From NCBI RefSeq assembly GCF_006345805.1, contig NC_042999.1, positions 116,250,001 through 116,314,000 of the forward strand: a DNA stretch of 64,000 bases, written 5' to 3'. Source of the DNA: Octopus sinensis. Taxonomy: Eukaryota. Below, in pieces: positions 25,319-37,249 of this stretch (the stretch's first letter is position 1; each line of letters starts with the position of its first letter). The notes beneath the pieces are model-generated. The model made no database searches, was not told the origin of the DNA, and saw only the letters and a list, made by a program, of their open reading frames with translations. Both the position numbers and the translations under genes were made by a program.

Positions 25319-25369
25319 AATCCAAAAGGGAAACAAAAAAAAACAAAACAACAGGAACAATTACAGTAT

Positions 25370-25615
25370 TATTATTAATAGGCGCTCAGGAGATGGAAGC
25401 AGGGAGGTATGACGTTTCGAGCGGAGCTCTTCGTCGGAAACATAAAGAAGGAAGAGAGAGGAAAGAAAGATCCCAGAGCGGGCAACAGGGAAAGAGAAAA
25501 AAGACGACTGGTGTTTACGAGTTGCACATGGTGAAAGGCGGATGTTGACGATAACAAGAGCAAAGTGGTTTTTAAAGCAAAAGAGTGGAGACAAGGTTGG
25601 TCACCCAACAGATGT
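25370..25615 (-). mobile_element. Penelope-type terminal repeat remnant
   Basis: Contains a minimal hammerhead motif followed by an AT-rich polyA-signal-like end; pyrimidine-rich upstream. Confidence 0.55.
25407..25441 (-). ncRNA. Minimal hammerhead ribozyme-like motif (degenerate)
   Basis: GTTT-CCGACGA-A-GAGC(TCC)GCTC-GAAAC-GTC-ATAC. Confidence 0.55.
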
Positions 25616-27327
25616 GTGTGTATGTGTGAGTGTGTGCGTGGCGTGTGTGTATGTGGTGTGTGAGGCGAGATGAAAAAACAAAAAAATATGTGTGTGTTAG
25701 TGTGTGCGTCTGTGTGTAGGCGTGTGGGGTAGGGCGAGACGAGTGGTCAGCTAGCAGACGAGGTCAGTAGTAAGAAAAAGAAGGAGGAGGAAGGAGGTCA
25801 GTAGTAAGAAAAAGAAGGAAGAGGAAGGGAGGGAGGGGAAGGGGGGGGGCGTATGTAGCGTGCCAGCGTGTGTTGAGTAGTAGTGTGTGTGTGTCCAGTG
25901 TCGTGGTGGTATTAATGGCGAGTAGATTGAATGTGTGTAAGAGTGATGTATATATATAGGCAAGGTGTGTATATGTGTGCGCGTGTGTGTAACGAAAAGG
26001 GGGGGGGTTAAGGAAAAAGGACTCCAGCTGAGGGGAAGATGGAAGAGTGGTACCGCGGAGACAGGCGTGGGAAAACCCAACGACACGCGACGGTCCCAGG
26101 AACGGGCGGGAGGTCTCGTCAGGTCCAAGGCGAGGTGTATGCGGCGCGTATGCAGCGCGAGCCGGCGCAAGTGCGTATGTGCGCGTGCCTGCGAGTATGA
26201 GCGTAAGTATGTATGTGTGTGGATGTGTGAGTGTGTCTGTGTGTATGTCTGGGTGGCAGTGTGTCCGATGAATGTATGTGAGTATGTGTGTATGTATGTG
26301 TGTGCATAGATGTATGTCCTGTGTGTGTGTGTGTGTGTATGTGTGTGAGTGTGTATGTATGTACGTGTGGGTGTGGGGAAGTGTGTGTATGTGCATGTGT
26401 GTGCGCGTACATACAGGTGTGTGAGTGAGTGTGTGTGTGTATGTATGTGTGAGTGTGTATGTATGTGTGTGTCGGATGCATGTATGTGTATGGGTGTATG
26501 TATGGTGTGTGTATGTATGTATGTGTACGTGCGTGTGTGTGTGTGTATGCGTGTAGGTGTGCGCGTGTGCATGCATGCATGCATGTGCGTGTGTGTGTGT
26601 GTGTGCATGTGTGTGGGTATATATGTATGTGCGTATATGTGTGTGTATGTGCGTACATGTGTGTGTGTGTATGCATGTGTGTGTATGTAGGTGTGTAGGC
26701 GTGTGTGTATAGGTGTATGTATGTAAGTATGTGGGGTGTGTCCGTGTATGTGTGTGTATGTATGTGTGTGTATGTAGGTGTGTGGGCGTGTGTATATGTG
26801 TGTGTATGTAGGTGTGTGGGCGTGTGTATATAGGTGTATGTGTGTATGTCTGGGTGTGTCCGTGCATGTTTGTGTGTGTGTGTGTATGCATGTGTATGTG
26901 GGTGTGTGTGTACGTGTGTAATGTATGTGTGTATGCGTGTGTATGCGTGCGTGTGTGTATGTAGGTGCGTGTGTATGTGTGTGGGAGTGTAGGTGTGTGT
27001 GTTTATGTTGGTGTGTGCGTATGTGAGTGTGAGTGTATGGGTGTTTGTCATGCATGTGTGTGCGCGTGCAGGTGAGTGTGTGTGTAAGTATGTGTGTGTG
27101 TATGTTTGTGTGAGTGTGTAAGTGTGTATGTCTTTGTGTATGTATGTGCGTATAGGAGTATGTGGGTATGTGTGTATGTATGTATATGGGTGTATGTATG
27201 TATGTGTGTGTGTATGTGTATAAGTATATGTGTGTGTGCGTATGTGTGTATATGTGTATGTGTGTGTGTTTATGTATGTGTGTATGTATGTGTGTAGGCG
27301 TGTGTGTGTAGATGTATGTATGTATGG
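25615..27327. repeat. ~1.7-kb degenerate (GT)/(GTAT) array with a GC/CpG-rich core at ~26000-26210
   Basis: Direct reading; source of the 375-434 aa HT-repeat ORFs. Confidence 0.9.
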
Positions 27328-27332
27328 GTAAG

Positions 27333-27402
27333 AAAAGTTATGGCCGGTCACAGAGTGACTATTGGGAAACCAATAGTTACTCTATCACAGGCCATAACTT
27401 TT
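27333..27402. other. 70-bp hairpin with ~33-bp arms and a GAAA loop
   Basis: aaaagttatggccggtcacagagtgactattgg-gaaa-ccaatagttactctatcacaggccataactttt. Confidence 0.8.
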
Positions 27403-27433
27403 AACTTCCAAAATTTAAATCTTTAAATATACG

Positions 27434-27464
<31 letters not shown>

Positions 27465-27467
<3 letters not shown>

Positions 27468-27847
27468 CTTTTACTCTTTTCAGTCATTTTGACTGCGGAC
27501 ATGCTGGAGCATCGCTTTTAACCGAACAAATTGACACCAATTCTTTGTAAGCCTAGTACTTATTCTATCGGTCTCGTTTGTCGAACCGCAAAGTTACAGG
27601 AACGTAAACACACCAACATCGGTTGTCAAGTGATGGTGGGGGGACCAAGCACAGGCACATAAATACACATACACACATATATATACACGACGAGCTTCTT
27701 TCAGTTTCCATCTACCAAATCCACTCACAAGGCTTTGGTCGGCCCGAGGCTATAGAAGACACCTGTCCAAGGTTCCACGCAGTGGGACTGAACCAGGAAC
27801 CATTTGGTCGGAACGCAAACTTCTTACCACACAGCCACTCCCGCGCC
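27465..27847 (-). mobile_element. SINE-B, full length
   Basis: Similarity to other copies. Confidence 0.9.
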
Positions 27848-28041
27848 TATATATATATATATATATATATATGTGATCTGTGTATGTTATATATGTGTAT
27901 ATATATATATATATATATGATAATATATATATATATATATATAGATATATATATATATATATATATATCTATATATATATATATATATATATATGAATTG
28001 TGATCTGTGTATGTATATATATATATATTATATATGTATAT

Positions 28042-28160
28042 TGGCCTGCTCGCTTAGCCAGCGGGGTGGCGTCATTCGAAGGCTAAAACAATGCAAACGC
28101 ATTGTGACCAGCGATGTGTAACTGCATCTGATGGACTGGTCGGTCACGTGATCACGTGAT
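28042..28160 (+). mobile_element. Probable 3' tail of a further SINE family
   Basis: ttggcctgctcgcttagccagcgggg...ggtcacgtgatcacgtgat (tandem CACGTGAT end) inside a (TA)n tract; single copy in the window, assignment from recall of octopus repeats. Confidence 0.4.
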
Positions 28161-28475
28161 ATATGTATATATGAGAGAAACATGGGTTCAAAAAGAATAA
28201 TTCAAACTTTTTGTGGGATCCAGAAAGAGAGAAAAAATGATTTCTAATAAAGATTCATCATATTCATAAAAAAACAGCCAGAGCAAGTAATAAGAATATG
28301 AAAGTAATAATTGAGGAGTTTCGTTATCCGTATAAAAATATACCACAAACAAGTATTTAAAAAAATGGAGAAAAAAATGTAGAATCAGAAATAGATTTAT
28401 TATATGGATTCAATGCATACATACGTTGGGAAAAGCAATGCAAATGTGTAAGAAAAAAAAAAAGATATTGTATGT

Positions 28476-28868
28476 AAGGCGCAGGAGTGGCTGTGTGGTA
28501 AGTAGCTTGCTAACCAACCACATGGTTCCGGGTTCAGTCCCACTGCGTGGCATCTTGGGCAAGTGTCTTCTTCTATAGCCCCGGGCCGACCAATGCCTTG
28601 TGAGTGGATTTGGTAGACGGAAACTGAAAGAAGCCTGTCGTATATATGTATATGTATATATATGTATGTGTGTGTCTATGTTTGTCCCCCTAGCATTGCT
28701 TGACAACCGATGCTGGTGTGTTACGATCCCCGTCACTTAGCGGTTCGGCAAAAGAGACCGAAGGAATAAGTACTGGGCTTACAAAGAATAAGTCCCGGGG
28801 TCGATTTGCTCGACTAAAGGCGGTGCTCCAGCATGGCCGCAGTCAAATGACTGAAACAAGTAAAAGAG
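28476..28868 (+). mobile_element. SINE-B, full length, well preserved
   Basis: aggcgcaggagtggctgtgtggtaagtagcttgc...ggttcagtcccactgcgtggcatcttgggcaagtgtc...gcagtcaaatgactgaaacaagtaaaagag. Confidence 0.93.
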
Positions 28869-29454
28869 ATATATGGCGTACGTATGGATTGGAAGTTGAG
28901 TATGTCGATGATTGTTTGATATTTGTGTTGGTGGTCGGTTAACTCCTTTATCTGAGAGTAAGTCTGCTAAGGTTTTGATGACTTTTAACTACAACACCTA
29001 GCACCGCTATCTCTAAAAATTTCTTAGATTATTCAGTGTCTATGTTTAAACTATAAACTAATTTAGATAATTTACATAAGTGGAAATATATTTTCCCATT
29101 GTATATTTGTATATCTCTTTGTTTCTTATTTGTCCGTTTAAAACAACATCTCATTCTCCTATAAAATCAAATGTAAAATTTAAATACACCACTAACGTTG
29201 GCTATGTCAAGGTCGGTGCTCAAAATCTAAGCATTTCCAAATCTTATCCGTTTAAAATTTTACATGATGAAGTAAACACAGCGATGTCACTCATTACACG
29301 GCATCATGAAGGTCACTGCTAGCTCTCACTGCACACGCAACCGTGTGCTATCATCTGCTGGTGCGCTACGGAACACTTTGATAGCACCTCGGATACTTAC
29401 ATGCATACATACACACACACACACACACATACACACATATATATATGCATTTAC

Positions 29455-29473
29455 ATATCTATTTATCTATCTG

Positions 29474-29544
<71 letters not shown>

Positions 29545-29571
29545 GTCTGTCTGTCTGTCTGTTTATCTATC

Positions 29572-29631
<60 letters not shown>

Positions 29632-29633
29632 CA

Positions 29634-29698
<65 letters not shown>

Positions 29699-29715
29699 TT
29701 ATCTATCTATCTATT
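29455..29715. repeat. (TATC)n / (TCTG)n / (CT)n compound microsatellite
   Basis: Direct reading. Confidence 0.95.
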
Positions 29716-30002
29716 TACATTTACATAATTGTTAGTAATTTCTAGCGTGTGAAAAAAAAATATTAACAGTTCAGATTATTTGTGAAGTGTTCTGATAATC
29801 ATGTCATTCTGACGAATATTGTCGTAACTGAGCGATTTTCACATCAAATTTAAAAGTAAATTAAGAAAACAAACATGACTTAACCTTATGATAGAATAAT
29901 AGGATCAAACTCATTCATAGATTAGTGTGACGAATAATCAGTGGTTTTGTTTTGTTTTCTCTGTTATCTACCTTCGCAGTTCAAATTGTATTTATTCAGT
30001 GC

Positions 30003-30080
<78 letters not shown>

Positions 30081-30164
30081 GGTGTGTGTGCGTGTACATA
30101 ATACATATATATATGTGTGTATATATACATATATATATGAATGTATATGTACACACACGCACAC

Positions 30165-30720
30165 GATTGTCTACTTTCAGTTTCTGTCTACCAAATCCAT
30201 TCACACAGCCTTGGTCGATTCGTATCTATTGTAGAAGACACTTGCCGACGGCGCTATGCAGTGGGACTGAACCCAGAACCATGTGGTTGTATAGCAAACT
30301 TCTTACCACCAAACCACGCTTGCACCTATAGATATATTACGTATACATACATGTTACATATACTTTATAAATAATATGTATCACATATATAAATAGACAC
30401 ACAAAAACACACATATGTATGTATGTGTGTGTATGTGTGTGTGTGTATGTATGAATGCATGCATGTATGTATGTATGTATGTATGTATGTATGTATGTAT
30501 GTATGTATGTATGTATGTATGTATGTATGTATGTATGTATATAACATGCTATAACGTATTAGGTGGCGAGCTGGCAGAATCGTTAGCACGCCAGGCAAAA
30601 TGCTTAGCGGCATTTCATCCGTTCTTACGTTATGAGTTCAAATTCCTCCGAAGTTAACTTCACCTTTCATCTCTTTCGGGGTCGATAAAATAAGTAGAGT
30701 ACTTGGGTCGATGTAATCAT
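30165..30720. mobile_element. SINE-B head (-, 30165-30330) and SINE-A (+, 30560-30720)
   Basis: Similarity to other copies. Confidence 0.8.
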
Positions 30721-30721
30721 A

Positions 30722-31025
<304 letters not shown>

Positions 31026-31269
31026 TCTCTTTTTTTTTATTTGGAGGTGGTGAATCAATATCATTTTTCGTTGCTTCCAGGTCTTGATAACTTTACATTG
31101 CACAAGTAGTTGTAATTGTTGTTTAGCCTCTGGTCAGACCCGCGTTACTCCACACCCGCCACCTTTTTACAGACATTGTGTACCTACAACTACACAATCC
31201 AATACGCCTATTTTTAGATTGTAAGGAGTGAGCTGAAGGAAAATTGGTTCTGCTTTTATCAAGTAGAAC

Positions 31270-32185
31270 AACTACACAGATATGCCCTGTTGCATCTGCT
31301 GTACGAGTATAAGTAGATATAGGCATGTGTAGTGTTTCTTCCAGACCTTAGGTGTTTTAGTACATGTTTGAGATTTCACTTGGCCCCCAAACTTTTTAAG
31401 TTTTCCGATTTCTCTACAACTATTTGGATGCTTGATGGAACGAAGAAATCCAAAACAGGGTACGGATACAGATTGCATATCCTTCGTTTTACGTTCTCGT
31501 CTTATATGTGGTCTTTCGCGGTTGATTTTTGAGAAATATCTGATCGAGGTGTTTGCGTGGTGTCGCAACATGTGTATGCTATATGGAGTTGTTATTATAA
31601 GATGGCTTACGGTGTGACCGCTGTTGTTGTTGTTGCGGATGCTGTTAATTATTCTGTATAATATTTTAATGTTAGTTTTATGGTTAATATTAGATACATA
31701 TGTTTACCACCAGATTTCTAGTTTTCTATGCTTTTATTTTTATTTACTTACTATTTCCTTGGTTAGTTGTTTGCTGCTGAGTTCTATTTCTGTCGTGTAT
31801 AGTTTGGTGTACTCTTTGTTAAATTGTCTCTGGTTTTATGAGGTTGGTCACTTCTGGTGTGTAATTAAGGCTGTATATTGGCTTTTTGCTAGTTATGTTT
31901 TTCTTTGGCGGTTGGTTGGGGTGGGGTCTGGCATCTATAATTATTTTTCAGTGTTTGTACTGCAGTTAGATAAACAGACAGAACGACCGACATAACCAAA
32001 CTATGGTCCTAACTAGGTGTCACAACCAATTTTTGCACATAATATTTTTGCAGATGCACTAAAGTTTCAACGTGGAAGCGTTGATGCAATAAGAATCAAC
32101 ATCGAGTTGCAACAAGCTACTTTCGCAAGAACGGCGAGAAAAGATAACGCACAAGTATAGATAAACGGAAGACGGAAGTCGAAAC
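31270..32185 (-). mobile_element. Possible degraded L1/Tx1 ORF1 and 5' region
   Basis: Fragmentary frames with a knuckle-like SCREIGKLKK segment and an A/C-rich composition like the ORF1 at 40.8-42.2 kb. Confidence 0.35.
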
Positions 32186-32187
32186 CT

Positions 32188-32870
32188 ATACTTCTGAATA
32201 AGGCCACTGATTGGAAGGTGCAGCTAGATTTGAAGGCGGTACGCATATTTCCAAACCATAATCAAGAAACGCCCTGATCTCATGACATGGTCTGATTTGA
32301 CAAAGAAAGTCCTGGCTGTTGAGTTGACTGTGTTTAGGGAAGATAGTATAGATTGAGTAAGGAAAGGAAGGGCCTAAAACGTGAAAGGAAAAGCCTAAAG
32401 CATGACGGGTCCAGAGAATATACAAGGGCATTAATATAGACTATTTTCAGTAGAGTTGGAACGCCATGAGTTTGTTGCTGGATCCACAATGTACTATACG
32501 ACTGGTATTGGACTTTGGAAGAACAAAAGAGTAGAGCAGTAATTCGCTAAATGAAGAAGCAAGTAAAAATGCTTTATTGTAAATATGGTAAAGGCATGAA
32601 AAAGACCAAAAGCTGAGAAGAATAAACAAATCCTCGGTGAGTAGTAAAACAAATTTGATGCTGTGCGGTGGTTGAAATGGGAAAAACTGTTCGTGGTTTG
32701 GGAAGCTGGTTATTTAAATGAAGGTGGAAAAAAAGTTTAAAAGAGAGTGGACCAAATGGATCTAGACATTCCCTAGAAGTATCATCACTGATTAACACAG
32801 CTGGAAGGAGTGATACTCTCGAGAAATGCCGAAACCGTTGTAATCTCTAGCAGACGGCTGATGAAGAGAA
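32188..32870 (+). mobile_element. HERO-like (R2 superfamily) non-LTR retrotransposon RLE remnant and 3' UTR
   Basis: ILLNKATDWKVQLDL, frameshift, RPDLMTWSDLTKKVLAVELTV, later FSVEL...FVAGS. Confidence 0.7.
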
Positions 32871-33419
32871 AATACCGCTGTGTAAACTACATGTAAAACA
32901 CATACTTTCCACAAACACAGACACTCACATATGCACAAGTATGTATATATAAACACTGGTATGACTTCAAAATAGTAAAAACATGCAAGACACGCATGCG
33001 TTCAACGCGCATATTAAGTGAAAGTAGGTGCGCGTGCACGTGTGTGTGTGTGCACATGCATGCATTGCAGTGTTTAGTTATTTTTCTTCTACATTTTCGC
33101 TTCAAATTCACTGAGGTCAGTTTTGCCATTCATCCTTTCGGGATTTATGAAATAAATCCAGTTAAGTCCTGGTTAAATTGACTACTACCTCATCCCCACA
33201 TGAATTATAGCGTAAGTAGATAGATATCTAAGAAACGCTTATAACTTTAAAGTAATCTTCATGCACATTGAGCGAGAGAGCGTGTGTGGGATAGCCCGGG
33301 GCCCATGAATCTATAGTGATGTCCTTCTGCGTGGTTTTACATTGTTTTGCAAACTACCAATCTTCACTCATGACATTGAGATCGATCCAAAACCATGACA
33401 GATACAACAAACAAAACGA

Positions 33420-33650
33420 CGCCGGTACTTCTTTCATTTTGTATTTTTAAAAAAAACATAATACTTATTCTATCAGTTCCTTTTGCCGGACTGCTAAGTT
33501 ATGGGCTTGTAGACAAACCAGCAGCGGTTGTCAATTGCTGTTGGGGGACAAATACTACACAAACACAAAGACTAAGCACACACACATATGTGTATGTATA
33601 TATATATATATATGTGTAGATATATATATATATATGCTATATATATATAT

Positions 33651-33707
<57 letters not shown>

Positions 33708-34223
33708 TATATACACATACAGAACTGGTTTCCTCCTTCAGTTTCCATTTATCAAATCCATGCACTAAGTTTAAATCTTTGACCGTAGTGAGCCCACAGT
33801 AGTAGACATATGCCCAAGGTGCCGCGCAGTGGGACTGAACCCAAGGACATGTGGTTGGGAAGCAAACTTCTCAACCACGTAGCCATGGCTCCACATAGTC
33901 TGTGCATACATCCATAAGAAATTTTATTAAAATCTCGCGCTGTTAAAACTGGAAAGCGAAAAGGAGCGACTGGAACATGGAAAACAATAGGAAGTGTTGT
34001 GTCAAGCCTCCTGTGTTTCAACAATGAATAATAAATGGAAGTTATTAGTGTAGAACTAAAGCAGAAATATGATTTAATCATTTACTTTAGTTTTGATAAA
34101 TATATGGGAGATAAGAAGTTTTATATAGACATACATACATACATACACAAACACACACGTATGTGCGTGTGTGTGTATGTGTGTGTGTATATATATATAT
34201 ATATATACACATATATATATAAG

Positions 34224-34258
<35 letters not shown>

Positions 34259-34336
34259 TATATATATATAATATATATATATATAAGTACATACATATGT
34301 GTATATATGTGTACATATGTGTATATGTGTATATAT

Positions 34337-34374
<38 letters not shown>

Positions 34375-34576
34375 TTTACTGCCCCCAGGGGGTTAAACAT
34401 AGAGGGGACAAACAAAGAGATTAAGTCGATTACATCGACCCCAGTGCGTAACTGGTACTTATTTAATCGACCCCGAAAGGATGAAAGGCAAAGTCGACCT
34501 CGGCGGAATTTGAACTCAGAACGTAGCGGCAGACGAAATACCGCTAAGCATTTCACCCGGCGTGATAACGATTCTG
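33420..34576 (-). mobile_element. SINE-B (33420-33892) and SINE-A tail type 1 (34372-34576)
   Basis: Similarity to other copies. Confidence 0.85.
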
Positions 34577-34729
34577 CTCACAAACACATGCACACGCGCC
34601 CGCGCGCAGACATGTACACGCACGTATATATACTCGCATATTCATACATGGATAAATAACGCGTGCGTTCTCCCTCTCTCGCTTTCTCTCTCTCTTTTCA
34701 TGTATATATATATATGTATATACATGTAT

Positions 34730-34766
<37 letters not shown>

Positions 34767-35300
34767 CACCCACATACATGCATATACGCACATATACATA
34801 CATACATGCACACATGTATATACACATACATGACACATGGACGTTAAATGATGATGATGATGATGATAGTGATGTTGCTCCTGCTGATGATGGATGATTA
34901 TGCTGTGAGTGTGTGTGTGTGTGTGTGTGGTGTTCCTGTATTCGTGTCTAGCTACATGTATATACATATACGTATATACACATACATAAATACATACATA
35001 CACGCATGCATACACACACATGCACACACAAATATACACACGTCGCACATACACGCGCACACTCACACACAAACACATCCACCATACATATATATAATAT
35101 ATATATAATATATATATATATACACGCACACCCATACACAAACATAAGGACATACAGCGCACACGCACTTACATACACACACACATACACACACACACAT
35201 GCACACACACACACACACACAAACACACACACTCACACAGCTTATATATATAAATCTATCGTCTCCTGTGTTGTTTAATCTCCCTCGAGTTGACATTCAG

Positions 35301-35336
35301 CCTAGCAATGACGTCACAGTAAGTTTCCATAGAAAC
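35301..35336. promoter_or_regulatory. Candidate regulatory cluster: RFX half-site, full CRE and X-box
   Basis: CCTAGCAA (35301-35308), TGACGTCA (35309-35316), GTTTCCATAGAAAC (35323-35336). Confidence 0.4.
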
Positions 35337-35425
35337 GAGTCAAAACAACGGAGAGGCTAACAACAACACTGGCTGTTTAATTGCGTTTCTTTGACTGTGT
35401 TCTCTTTAATATCGCCAATCTACAG

Positions 35426-35511
35426 AAGAAATTCAATATAAGTTACTAACATCAACAGAGGACAGAAACATGAGCAGTACAAATGTTAAGAACCCTTCAC
35501 ATACTACCACT
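35426..35511 (+). CDS. Candidate small exon (EIQYKLLTSTEDRN-MSSTNVKNPSHTTT)
   Basis: Pyrimidine-rich acceptor ...ctacAG (35424-35425), open frame with aaacATG at 35470, donor-like GTATGG at 35512. Confidence 0.25.
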
Positions 35512-36671
35512 GTATGGTTTGTTTACTTGTTCTTAACGTATAGTGTTGTTGTTTTTGCTGTTGTTGTTGTTGTTGTTGTTGTTGTTGTAGGCTGGATGAA
35601 TGGGAGTGGGCGTTGGTTGGCGAAAGTGAATCTACATGTGTGAGTGTGTGTGTGTGTTTGGGCATGTATGTATATGTATGCATGTTTGTGTACATAGTGT
35701 ATGTTTGCATGTATGATCGTGTGTGTCATACATGTGTGTGTGTGTGTGCATGTTTGGGTATGTATGTGTGTATGTATGTATATGTATGTATGTGTATATG
35801 TATGTATGTTTGTATGTATGTATGTATGTATGTATGTATGTATGTATGAATGTGTGCATGTGTGTGTGTTTATGTGTGTGTATTTTTAAACACGTGGTGC
35901 GGTGCTCCAGCATGGCCGCAGTCAAATGACTGAAACAAGTAAAATAGTTAAAAAAAAGTGTAAATATATCGGAGGGAGACGAAAATCATTAGCAGCAGCT
36001 AGCAGAAATGCTTAGATGTATTTCGAACTGGTTGGGCCTAAATGAGATTTATCGCCTTCGATGTAGAGGAAACAGTGAGTACACCATCCACATGTATTAC
36101 AAATAGTTGCCCGGCTGACTAAAACTCTGTCATGCGTAACTGGAGGAGTATTAAATTGAAATAGCCATCTAGGTATCATACTTAATGTATGATAGCATGT
36201 CTTATGGACATACTGTGTTTAAAAGCTCAATATATATTGGAGGGAAACAAAAATTGTCCCAGGAGTGGCATGCGGGAACACTTGATGGATTTTGGCCTAG
36301 GTCTGCCTTATTAATGGCGCGTACTTACTACCAGTCACAAGCCTTGATTCGCAATTATGAGTGTCTTGGGTTCGATCCCACAACACGCCATCTAGAGCAA
36401 GTGTTTTTTTACTATACACACAGGTCGAGCTAAGTCTTGTGATTGAAACTGGGCAGACAGAAACTATGTGGAAAACCATTAGACGAATTGTACTCAGCCT
36501 AGCCATGCCGATTCGATGGTATATGTGCTTCAAGAGCAGTCATTAGCAAACTGCAGCCCATTTGACTTTCTTAATGACGCACCCATTTTCAAGAGGAAAA
36601 TAACGCTTATTAAAAAATTTAGTTTGTTTCATTTAATTCTCTCTTGTTTACCCCCTCTCTCTCTTTCTCTA

Positions 36672-36704
<33 letters not shown>

Positions 36705-37249
36705 TACTTTGGGGAAACTAGTGTCAAAGGAGAAGAAATATTAAATGCATGACAAACCTCCTTTCCTTATAATCTCTGTTAAGTTGTGGCTAAACTAATC
36801 ATAAAACTGAAAATATCTGCCATCATTAAACATCCTTGTAATTTTCAACGTACCTCAAACTCAATTTGCAACAATTCAAACATTCAAGAGCCTTAAATTG
36901 GTATCTCTGCCCGCAGCAATCCATCGACGAATGAAAATTATTGATTAAATACTCAATTTATTAGTCCATTGCTTATAACAAATTGTTGCAATAATTCAGC
37001 CACTGTAACTACAGATGTAAATAGTATAGTGGAGCGATGTTATATATTATTGACAGAACCTTACTTTCTACTTTAGTGAATTAAAAAAACAGACCAATTG
37101 GCTTAATATGGCATGAATCCACCTCCGCTTTTAAAGAATTTATTGTTAAGCTGCTGTAAGCTTCAAAACATCCGATTGCGATAAATTTAAAGGAGACATT
37201 GGAAAAAAGAAAATTGAAACCCTGAAGAAATAGATTTGTAGCCTATGTA

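Noticed and set aside
25751-27351. Longest ORFs in the window (375-434 aa, His/Thr-rich)
   Set aside because: Three overlapping frames through a GT/GTAT array; not protein-like
28476-28560. tRNA gene calls from A/B-box sequences
   Set aside because: These are SINE heads: no cloverleaf, and they continue into SINE bodies in many copies
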